In this document: positions 27,373 through 35,905 of the stretch, in pieces
Numbering within the stretch: the stretch's first letter is position 1
Layout of the letters: each line of letters opens with the position of its first letter
Virus record (IMG/VR): IMGVR_UViG_2757320708_000001
Coordinates: 1-36,391 of that record
Direction: 5' to 3' (one strand)
Source: a virus
Length of the DNA stretch: 36,391 nt
Translations under genes and position numbers: made by a program
Notes under the pieces: model-generated
Told to the model about the DNA's origin: nothing
The model's database searches: none
The model's input: only the letters and a program-made list of their open reading frames with translations

Positions 27373-28437
27373 TTGGAAAAGCCAATTTATTATGTTTACC
27401 CTCAACATCATGATGTCAGTTTCAAATTTATTGCTTTGCAACATATAAAAATGTTAAAAGAAAAATATACAGTTTATGAAATTCCAGCTTTATCATTCTA
27501 TCAATTTACCCCATTCAGAAATCCAATTTCAATTATTCATCCCTTCTTTTATTCAATGTGGCATTGGGGAAAAGTAGAATTCTCATTTTTTGAACAATAT
27601 AGAAGCCGTGTTTCAGCAATTATTGGAGTTGAAGTAGCTGACAGTGATAGAATTTCAGAAAAATTCATAGATTATGCTAATAATTACGCTGATAGACTAA
27701 TTGGAAATTCTGAATGGACATTAAACGCTTTTAAAAATTCTGGACTAAAAATTCCAATTTTCAAAGTTGTACACAATTTCAATTCTAGATTATTGGCAAA
27801 AGATAATGAGTTAAAAGTTGATGATCAAGTTAAATATATTGAAAAAGTTAAAAATGAAAAAAAGATTAAGTTAGTAATGATATCACTTTGGCACTCTGAT
27901 TTTAGAAAAGGTGCTGATTTATTTCATGTAATCGCTAAGGAAATACAAAAAGAAAGAGACGAGATTTATTTTTTAGTTAAATCTGGAGGGCCAAGAACAG
28001 ATTTTCAAGATTTGAGAATGTTTAATCTCACTGGAAATACAGATTTTGACAATATAGTTAAAATGTATAGAATTTCTGACTTATATCTTCTAACTAGCAG
28101 AGGAGGAAGTTTTGAATTAAATGGTTTAGAAGCATTTATATCAAAAATTCCAATTGTAGCTACAAAAGGTGGTGCATGGGAAGAATATTTTCCTAACAAT
28201 TTAAAAGATTTATTAGTAGATTCTTGTAGATTTCCAGATGTTCTTTGGAATAATCCAATTCATATTGGACAAGGAGTAGAAATGTGCATGGATAAAGCTA
28301 TAGATAAAATATTAGAAGTTCTGGATAAATTGGATGAATATAAAGCAAAAATTGAAGAAAACTATAACTTTTGGCTAGAAAACTTTAGTTATGAAACTGT
28401 AAAAAAACAATTATTTAACGCTTTGACTTTTACTTAA
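27373..28437 (+). CDS. GT-B glycosyltransferase (ORF356 homolog)
   Basis: RKGAD and SRGGSFELNGLEA GT4 motifs. TTG start after a GAGGT RBS. Confidence 0.9.
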   Translation: MEKPIYYVYPQHHDVSFKFIALQHIKMLKEKYTVYEIPALSFYQFTPFRNPISIIHPFFYSMWHWGKVEFSFFEQYRSRVSAIIGVEVADSDRISEKFIDYANNYADRLIGNSEWTLNAFKNSGLKIPIFKVVHNFNSRLLAKDNELKVDDQVKYIEKVKNEKKIKLVMISLWHSDFRKGADLFHVIAKEIQKERDEIYFLVKSGGPRTDFQDLRMFNLTGNTDFDNIVKMYRISDLYLLTSRGGSFELNGLEAFISKIPIVATKGGAWEEYFPNNLKDLLVDSCRFPDVLWNNPIHIGQGVEMCMDKAIDKILEVLDKLDEYKAKIEENYNFWLENFSYETVKKQLFNALTFT

Positions 28438-28788
28438 AAAATCATAAATTTTTAGTAATGCTTCAACATTTTCTTCTCTCTTTAACTTCTTTATCTCTCT
28501 TATTATTTCATCATAAATATTATTAATTTTAATCAATTCCAAAACTTCTTTAATTAGCAGAATTGAAAATCTATGAGATTGTTGAACTATAACATAAATT
28601 TTTCTTGCTAATTTTTCAGCATCAAATTTGTCATATTCAATTGAAAGTTCAACATCTGAATATTTTGCGGTAACATTATTTTCATAAAGAGTCAAAAAAA
28701 GTTTATATTTGTCTTCTACAATTACTTCAGCTTGATTATCATTTATCTTAACTATCACGTTTTCTCTTAACTTAAACTCCTTAGTCAT
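28411..28788 (-). CDS. Hypothetical protein (125 aa)
   Basis: ATG 28788 follows an AAGAAATATATATGTCAT promoter; the longer upstream start is improbable. Confidence 0.7.
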   Translation of the reverse strand: MTKEFKLRENVIVKINDNQAEVIVEDKYKLFLTLYENNVTAKYSDVELSIEYDKFDAEKLARKIYVIVQQSHRFSILLIKEVLELIKINNIYDEIIREIKKLKREENVEALLKIYDFLSKSQSVK

Positions 28789-28871
28789 CAATATAATATA
28801 TATTTTATGACATATATATTTCTTTAAATTTCGAGTAAATCTTAAATTGGTCATAATGTAGGAGCTATGAT

Positions 28872-30062
28872 ATGGAATTTAAAAGAGAAAGTTCAGGTAT
28901 AATAAAAAGCTTTTCAACATTAGATATTTTTTCAATTAATCTTTTGTATATGGGCATTTTGAGCGGTATAAGTTATCCATTATTTGTCTCTGAAATGATG
29001 AAAAATGTAAACTTATTAATTGCGGTTCTTATAGGCTCTGCTTTTGGAATTCCGTTACTTGTAATGTATTATTTACTGACTAAGAAAATTCCGTTAAACG
29101 GGGGCGATTACGCTTATATTCGCTCAACATTTTCTCCAAAGTTTTATACAATTTTTGGAATTTCGTTATGGCTGATTTATGTATTTTCAGCACCAGTTTT
29201 ATCAAACCTTGTATTGTTAAATTTCAATATTCCAATATTCGATAAGTTTTTAATTTCAGAACTATTATTTGGGACTGCGTTACTTAGTGTTAGCAAAAAA
29301 ACAATTTATGCTTATTTAGTAGACGGATTAGCAATTTTACAAATAATTGTTTCTTTAATTCTGCCAATTTCAAGTTTCCATTTCCAAATACAAAACTTTA
29401 CAATATCAAATACTTTACTTTCAGCTTTATTATTTGATTTATCTATGTTTTTGTTTTTAAATGCAATTAGCTATATAGCTGGCGAAACAAAAAACATAAG
29501 CAAAAACGCTAAAATCGGATATTTTGCAAGTTATTTAGTAGTTACTGTATTAGCAGTATTAGACAGTTATTCAAATTTAAATATATTATTTCTATTAATG
29601 CCAATATGGTTTATGAGTTATATTTTTGTAACTTCCATGATTCAAAGTAGATTAATTCAAAATTTAGCATTTGATAAAATCTTACCTGAAAAATTTGCAA
29701 AAATAACGCCTAATGCTTTACTGTTAATCTTTATCGCTGATACAATTGCAAACGTTTTAGAAAATCTATTTAATTTCTCAATTTCATTTGGTCTTGATGG
29801 ATTATTATTCATCTTCTGGAATTTTATAATTGTAAGTCTAGCATTTCTAAAATTGACAAATAAAAAACTATTATTTTCAATAGTAATGATTAGCCTAATT
29901 TTACAGATCTTCTTATTCTTTTATTTAGGAATACAAAATTCAATATTCTATAATTTTGTAATTGAAGGAAATCTCATATACGCAATATTGAGAATTGCAA
30001 TAATGCCAATTTTAGGAGGAATTATTTACTTGTTAAGGAGAAAAATTATAAACGCTGAATAA
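28872..30062 (+). CDS. APC-family amino acid permease-like transporter (SIRV2 ORF399 homolog)
   Basis: FKRESSG N-terminal motif, PLNGGDYAYI loop, about 11-12 hydrophobic segments. Confidence 0.88.
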   Translation: MEFKRESSGIIKSFSTLDIFSINLLYMGILSGISYPLFVSEMMKNVNLLIAVLIGSAFGIPLLVMYYLLTKKIPLNGGDYAYIRSTFSPKFYTIFGISLWLIYVFSAPVLSNLVLLNFNIPIFDKFLISELLFGTALLSVSKKTIYAYLVDGLAILQIIVSLILPISSFHFQIQNFTISNTLLSALLFDLSMFLFLNAISYIAGETKNISKNAKIGYFASYLVVTVLAVLDSYSNLNILFLLMPIWFMSYIFVTSMIQSRLIQNLAFDKILPEKFAKITPNALLLIFIADTIANVLENLFNFSISFGLDGLLFIFWNFIIVSLAFLKLTNKKLLFSIVMISLILQIFLFFYLGIQNSIFYNFVIEGNLIYAILRIAIMPILGGIIYLLRRKIINAE

Positions 30063-30064
30063 AG

Positions 30065-30967
30065 ATGAAATTGGTATTTGGCATTTCTAGTTCAAGAAGT
30101 TATTTTTTTAAAACTAATTTTCCAGTCTTAATTAATCAGTTGAGATTTAGAAAAAAAACATGGAAAAATGAAACTTGGGTTGATAGTGGCGGATTTCAAA
30201 TTATAATGCATAACTTAAAAATTTCTGTAAATGATGTCTTGCAAAAGTATAAAAGTGTTAATGCTTACGCATTTTTTTCTCTCGATATTCCTAGCGTTTT
30301 TGCACCTCTTGACAAACGGAATTTTGAATATTTTGAGTATCTCTACACAAAAATTGAATGGATAGAAAAAATTATACCAGTTTTACATATTTATCCACTT
30401 CAAGATTTGGATAAAGCTATTGATTTTTACAAACAATACAGTTATTATTTTGCAATTGGCGGAATAATGACTTCTAGCAAATTAAGAGTTTTACAATATA
30501 CATTTCCATGGATTTATTACCTAAAAAGAAAAGTATCTTATCTTCACGTTCTCGGTATATCATCTCCATATTTTTTACAAATTTTTAATAATATACAAAG
30601 CATGGATACCGCATTTTGTTCAATAATTTCAGCATTTAAAGAAATAATTTGGTTTGATAGTTCTAGGAGATATGTTGGAAATATGGAAACGAGAAGAAAA
30701 AAATATAAAATTACAAAAGACGAAAAAGAACAACTTTTTGAATTTCTAGATAAACATAACTTTCCATTTGAATATGATTTAAGTAATAGAAATATTCTAG
30801 AACTTATAAATGCATATATGTTATTATATAATAATTGGAAAATTAAGAATAAGTATACTGAATATGCAGAAAAACTTAGAAAAATGGGATTAGACAGTTT
30901 GACAAGCGAGTTAATTAGAAATTATAAAATTGCAAATGAAATATTAAAACAGAAAAGAGAAAAATAG
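30065..30967 (+). CDS. TGT-fold (queuine/archaeosine transglycosylase or DpdA-like) protein (ORF310 homolog)
   Basis: VDSGGFQ, SLDIP, IPVLH, AIGG, HVLG and MDT motifs. No CxCxxC zinc site. Confidence 0.85.
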   Translation: MKLVFGISSSRSYFFKTNFPVLINQLRFRKKTWKNETWVDSGGFQIIMHNLKISVNDVLQKYKSVNAYAFFSLDIPSVFAPLDKRNFEYFEYLYTKIEWIEKIIPVLHIYPLQDLDKAIDFYKQYSYYFAIGGIMTSSKLRVLQYTFPWIYYLKRKVSYLHVLGISSPYFLQIFNNIQSMDTAFCSIISAFKEIIWFDSSRRYVGNMETRRKKYKITKDEKEQLFEFLDKHNFPFEYDLSNRNILELINAYMLLYNNWKIKNKYTEYAEKLRKMGLDSLTSELIRNYKIANEILKQKREK

Positions 30968-30981
30968 AAGATAAAAAAATA

Positions 30982-31539
30982 TTAACTTAACAATTTGTCT
31001 AATTGCTCATCATAAATTACTTCAACCTTTCCATCTTTAATCACTATTTTACCTGACAAATTCTCGCCGAAATATTGTATCAAATATCCGTATCCAGCAG
31101 TTCTAACTCTACCGCTTATGCTATACTGAATTTCTACATCTCCATTACAATAAAGATGTTTAACCTCTCCGAGACTTCCTCTAGGACTTCTCAATATTTC
31201 AAAATCTTCACATTCACCGCTAAGCACTTTGAAATAAACACCACCTCTATAACCGCTTGGTAATTCAATAACATATAATGTATTTCCCGGTTCAAACTTT
31301 ATGATTGGAGTTCCCTTTTCTGTTACAACAATTTTTGCATTTGCTAATTTTACCGTAAACTCATTAACTCTATCAAATTCTATAAAACTTCCATTTTCAC
31401 CGCTTTCTACAAATCTTCCACTGAAATATATAACTCTTCCTCTAGCTCTATCACCAATTTCAGTTATATCCAATGCCTTGTCCTCAAAAAATGGATATTT
31501 CTCATCTTTTAAACTAACTTGAACTTTTAACTTATTCAT
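30982..31539 (-). CDS. Hypothetical beta-rich protein (185 aa) under an early promoter
   Basis: GGTGA RBS and consensus promoter at 31576-31591; Gly-rich LPSGYRGG and SPRGSLG motifs. Confidence 0.8.
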   Translation of the reverse strand: MNKLKVQVSLKDEKYPFFEDKALDITEIGDRARGRVIYFSGRFVESGENGSFIEFDRVNEFTVKLANAKIVVTEKGTPIIKFEPGNTLYVIELPSGYRGGVYFKVLSGECEDFEILRSPRGSLGEVKHLYCNGDVEIQYSISGRVRTAGYGYLIQYFGENLSGKIVIKDGKVEVIYDEQLDKLLS

Positions 31540-31798
31540 TCTCTTATCACCAATATCTATTATGTAAATCTTTGTATTTAAAGTTATCTCTTAATTTTTA
31601 CGTTTATATCTTACGCTATTTTTATCATTAAATTTCTTACTGTATAATTCCTCTTGATTTTAAAATATTATCTCAAAATTGAGAAAAAATAAGCATGAAG
31701 ATAGATGATAAAGAGTAGAAAAATAAAATTAATAAGTTAAAAATTATAGATTAACAAAAAGAAAAAAATTATAGATAAAAAACGATTAATTTAAAACT

Positions 31799-32521
31799 TT
31801 AATCAGCTTTATTTTTTCTAGGTCTTGGATGTGTAATTAGATAATATTTATTTCCGCTTAGCATAACCGAATTTTCTCCATGATCTGCTGATTTCATAAC
31901 AAATGTTGTAGAATTTTGAAGATATACTAAAAACGTAGTACCAGGTGTTGAAAATAAATCAGTAGCTAATACAGTATTTGAAAATTGTATTTCATGATTA
32001 TAAATTGTCAAACTGTTTACATGATTGAGACTAAGATTTAATTCGCTATTTGGCGATGGAACTTCATAAATTTCCAAATTGCCTTGATTATATGTCAAAT
32101 GAAATTCGTATAATTGACCTTTTATGAAATAATCATAAATTTCTATTGCATAATTGGTATAATTAATAAGCAATTTTTTAGAATTAAGATTTGAAAGTTC
32201 TATTTGTTTTAATATGAAGTTTTTCATATCATCTAAACTTCTTGTAATTTTATTTCTTCTATAAACTGAAATTATTGATGGAGCTGGCGTATAATATATG
32301 CCTTTAGTTTCATCTAATTGATTACCATCATACTTAAAACAACCGTTAAACGTTAATCCTGACCTAGAAATATATTTAGAACAATTTACATAATGATTTG
32401 AAATTAACGAAATTTTTGTAACTTGACCATTTGAATGTTTCAACATAAAAACGATTGGCAAATGAATTATTTGTTTTAAAATTTTTACTTCATATTTTTT
32501 TTGATCTTCAACTTGGGACAT
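31799..32521 (-). CDS. acrIIIB1: Anti-CRISPR AcrIIIB1 homolog (240 aa)
   Basis: Shares VNC..Y.SRSG.T..GC, GIY.TP..SIIS, IEIYD...KG..YEF, S.DH and terminal HPRPR...D with SIRV2 gp48 as I recall it. Confidence 0.88.
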   Translation of the reverse strand: MSQVEDQKKYEVKILKQIIHLPIVFMLKHSNGQVTKISLISNHYVNCSKYISRSGLTFNGCFKYDGNQLDETKGIYYTPAPSIISVYRRNKITRSLDDMKNFILKQIELSNLNSKKLLINYTNYAIEIYDYFIKGQLYEFHLTYNQGNLEIYEVPSPNSELNLSLNHVNSLTIYNHEIQFSNTVLATDLFSTPGTTFLVYLQNSTTFVMKSADHGENSVMLSGNKYYLITHPRPRKNKAD

Positions 32522-32610
32522 ACGACCTGACACCTGTAAATGAAAATATGCTATATGACAAATATAAAAATATCTTGAGTTTTCGATTTATAAAAAAGAA
32601 AAAAATAATA

Positions 32611-33075
32611 TCAAACTTTGACAAATTCGATTTTATAATTTTTCTTCAAAAGATAATATACTTTAAAATAGACAGGATCGACATGACTGACAATAGACTC
32701 TGGTATCATCTTCAACAAAACAATAATATCTTCTGGAATATTATATTCATTACCATAATATATAATTATTTTATTTTCTTTAGTTTCAAATCTATACCAA
32801 GAATACGCTTTTCTATAATCTATAACATAATTATGAGATCCATTATTCCACTCATCATATGCAATATATTTTACGCCATCATCATTAACAAAAATTATAG
32901 AACCAACATATCGATCATTTACGGTATTTCTTAATTTTTCAAATAGATATTCCTTTAACTCTCTATAATTGGCTTTTTGCATTTCATCCCATAACTGAAT
33001 AATTTCATATCTTAAAATCTCTAATTGATTTATTATTTGATTTATTTTCTCTAATTGTTGATCAAATTTATTCAT
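32611..33075 (-). CDS. Hypothetical protein (154 aa), paralog of 3307-3759
   Basis: Shared motifs listed under 3307-3759; GGTGA RBS and promoter at 33114-33130. Confidence 0.85.
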   Translation of the reverse strand: MNKFDQQLEKINQIINQLEILRYEIIQLWDEMQKANYRELKEYLFEKLRNTVNDRYVGSIIFVNDDGVKYIAYDEWNNGSHNYVIDYRKAYSWYRFETKENKIIIYYGNEYNIPEDIIVLLKMIPESIVSHVDPVYFKVYYLLKKNYKIEFVKV

Positions 33076-33252
33076 TTTCGCTTCTCACCAAATCAATTTG
33101 TGAGTTATGACAAATTTAAAACTTTCTTTATCTTTCGATTTATGAATTTCTTAAAATATTAGTATTAATATTACAAACATAAGAAAAATCAAGCATGGAG
33201 AAAGAAAACAAAAAACAAAAAAATAAAAAATAAAGAATACGAAAGAAAAAAA

Positions 33253-33567
33253 TTAGTATATATTCCAAATTAATAAAGCAATTAACTTTAATATTTCTTC
33301 CCTTGCACCCTCTGCTATCTTCTGATTATTTACCTCTTTGTAAACCTTATAAAGTCTTGCAATTTTTTGTAGCGTCTTAACAAAATCAATATCTTCTGGA
33401 TTTAAATAAGTAAAGCTAATTTCATTTTTCGTATCATTTACTACGACATATAGCTTTGAATATTCTATATGTCTTCCCTTAACTTGTTCTAACTGAATCA
33501 AAAAACTAATATTAACTTGTCCTTCCAACTTTTCTTTAAACGAATTTTGACTTTTTTCTTCCGCCAT
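33253..33567 (-). CDS. Hypothetical protein (104 aa)
   Basis: Consensus early promoter at 33602-33617. Confidence 0.75.
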   Translation of the reverse strand: MAEEKSQNSFKEKLEGQVNISFLIQLEQVKGRHIEYSKLYVVVNDTKNEISFTYLNPEDIDFVKTLQKIARLYKVYKEVNNQKIAEGAREEILKLIALLIWNIY

Positions 33568-33709
33568 TTTTATTCACAATTTTACATATGCATAAACTCA
33601 TATTTAAATCTTTCTCTATCTCTTTACTTCTTTATCTTTCATTTTTTTTATCTTCAACTTCTACAAATCTGTAGAAAACTTTAAATATCTAAATATCGAA
33701 AGTATACAT

Positions 33710-34078
33710 GTGAGTCAAATGAAAACACAAGAAAAAAACGAATGGTTGGAAAATACAAAGTACATAGTTAGAAAAATAAGCAAAACAGACATTAGAAATA
33801 CATTAATGTTTTTTTACGAGATGAATGAAGTACCTGAAATAATAATATTAAATAGAGGAAATATACATTTAGAAGGCTTCATAAAATTAAGCAAGAAAAT
33901 ATTTAAATTTGATTTGATATTTTTAAGAAAAGAAGAAAAAACCATATTAAGAGTATCATTACAATATGGAAAAGAAAAACTTGAGAAATCTGAAGAAATT
34001 TTTATTATAGAATATAATGACAGTCTTGAAATACAGCTTGCCGAAACTAAACAATATTTGTTTAGTGTATACTTCTAA
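33710..34078 (+). CDS. Hypothetical protein (~122 aa)
   Basis: Promoter AGAAAACTTTAAAT at 33673; GTG 33710 or ATG 33719 start. Confidence 0.75.
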   Translation: MSQMKTQEKNEWLENTKYIVRKISKTDIRNTLMFFYEMNEVPEIIILNRGNIHLEGFIKLSKKIFKFDLIFLRKEEKTILRVSLQYGKEKLEKSEEIFIIEYNDSLEIQLAETKQYLFSVYF

Positions 34079-34325
34079 CTTTTAATTTAAATTTATTTTT
34101 TTATACCTCATTTTTCTTAACTTCTCTATAATATTTCAAAACTTCTTTTATCTCTCTATCTTTCTAGATCTCTATCTTTCGTTATTTTTATCGTCTAATC
34201 CCTTACTTAGAAATCCTTCTTTATCCTGAAATAATAAAACGGAAATGAGAAAAATTTGACATAAAAATAACTAAAATAAGAAAATAAAAGCTAAAAGTTA
34301 AAAAAGAAAAATAAAATAAAAAAAA

Positions 34326-34559
34326 TTAATCTATATCTGACAAAAGGAAATACTTTAAACCGTCACGTTTAGCTTTTATTAAAGATGTTTTTCCTATTTC
34401 TTTAGCTTTCTTGCCAACTACAACTTTCCAATAATAATGTTCACAATTGTGATAACTTGCTAAATATCCATCTATCCTTCTTTCGCCTAGTTTCTTATTG
34501 CAAAGTAAACATATATATACTTCCCATCTTCCGATTATATATTTTTGTATCATTTTCAC
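34326..34559 (-). CDS. Small zinc-binding protein (77 aa; CxxC...HxCxH)
   Basis: CLLC and HNCEH; promoter identical to that of ORF 522. Confidence 0.75.
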   Translation of the reverse strand: MKMIQKYIIGRWEVYICLLCNKKLGERRIDGYLASYHNCEHYYWKVVVGKKAKEIGKTSLIKAKRDGLKYFLLSDID

Positions 34560-34772
34560 TCACATATAATTTTGCATGTCCTCCTTTATAAATTTTTCTC
34601 TCCTTTTTTAGATCTCTATTTTTCGTTATTTTTATCATTAGGCTATACAACATACGATTTCTCTATATTTAGTAATATTATCTCAAATATGAGAAAAATT
34701 GAGCATAATTACAGAAAATAAAAAATTATAAAACAGAAGAAAAATAGGAAATTAAAAATAACAATTAAAAAA

Positions 34773-34970
34773 TTAACTTAATGTGGTAATTTCTAAATAA
34801 AAATCTTTTCCAAATTGGTACAATTTTATATGAACTTTTCCTTGTTTCTCAATAAAAGAATAATAAAAGTCGGCTTCGCCTTTGTATGGAATAAAATTTT
34901 TGTCTTGTTGAAGCTGTTTTGCTAATTCATTTGCTTGTTTCTTGCTTATTTTTACTTTTGTGTCTACCAT
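34773..34970 (-). CDS. Hypothetical protein (65 aa), first gene inside the right ITR
   Basis: Promoter at the ITR boundary 35005-35021; followed by a T-tract on the minus strand. Confidence 0.7.
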   Translation of the reverse strand: MVDTKVKISKKQANELAKQLQQDKNFIPYKGEADFYYSFIEKQGKVHIKLYQFGKDFYLEITTLS

Positions 34971-35435
34971 TTTTCATTCACAATACATACTATCTCTAAA
35001 CTCATATTTAAATTTTTCTCTCCTTTTTTAGATCTCTATTTTTCGTTTCTTCTCCATCATCTCTCTCTATAGAGAACGTATCAACTTTGCATCTCCAATT
35101 TCTTTCAACGCTGTAGAGATAAATTGTTTTGTAACGGTGAAATCGCGTAAAAAAACCTATTTTGGGTTTGACTATAATTTATTAATTATAAACTACTAAT
35201 TAGTAGTTAGCTAATTATATAATATACTAACTATGTAGTTATATAATTATCTAATTTAAATGTTAATAATAATATATATAAAAAAATAATAATAAGAAGA
35301 AAGATAATGCCCACTAACATTATTAAATGCTTTCTTCTGGTATATAAACTTTTCTTTCTAAACTTCCAATTTCTCCAACACTAAACGCAAAAAACTAACA
35401 ACACATAACGAAATGAATAAATATAACAAATTAAC

Positions 35436-35560
35436 AATATGTTTAGTAACTTTCTAACTTTAAATTGAGGTTTTGGTTTGCTAGAATTAATAATTTAAAT
35501 AAATTATGAATATGTTTAGTAACTAAAAGTTTTAAATTGTGGGTTTGGTTTCCTACAAAT
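35436..35560 (+). repeat. Degenerate ~73-bp tandem duplication inside the ITR
   Basis: AATATGTTTAGTAACT...TTTAAATTG.GG.TTTGGTTT.CTA occurs at 35436 and 35509. Confidence 0.7.
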
Positions 35561-35663
35561 TATAAATTATAATATTATAGTTAGTAGTTATTAATATCCA
35601 CAAATTAACATTTATTACAAATTTCCAAAGTTTGAATTTGCAAATTTTATATTACAAATTTCA

Positions 35664-35905
35664 CTAAATGACAGATTAATTGTAATTTAGGAATTTAGAA
35701 AATTAGTATTTTTTATCATAGTTGGAAAATTATTTGGAAATGTAGAATTATTTGGAATTTAGGAATTTCCAATTTTTTAACTTTTTTGCAGAAAATGATA
35801 GATTATTTCAAATTTAGGAAATTAGGAATTTACAATTTTTCTCATTTTTTGCACAATTTACGCAAAATGACAGATTAATTGGAATTTTGGAATTTTGAAT
35901 TTTTT
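35664..35905 (+). repeat. Subterminal repeats: AAATGAYAGATTA x3, each followed by AATTT(A/T)GG-type iterations
   Basis: Copies near 35666, 35794 and 35865. AATTTAGGAATTTAGAAAATT at 35684 and AATTTAGGAAATTAGGAATTT at 35811 resemble the conserved rudiviral AATTTAGGAATTTAGGAATTT terminal motif. Confidence 0.8.

Noticed and set aside
1591-31522. Other short overlapping ORFs (1591-, 10084-, 16323+, 17642-, 21947-, 25589+, 28005-, 31075+, 31301+)
   Set aside because: Each overlaps a better-supported gene in another frame or strand and lacks its own signals.
32455-32934. 159-aa plus-strand ORF
   Set aside because: Overlaps acrIIIB1 and the 154-aa paralog on the opposite strand; I/F-rich shadow.
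35664-35905. Possible mini-CRISPR array
   Set aside because: The repeats are AATTTAGG-type terminal iterations with irregular spacing and no Sulfolobales repeat consensus or unique spacers.
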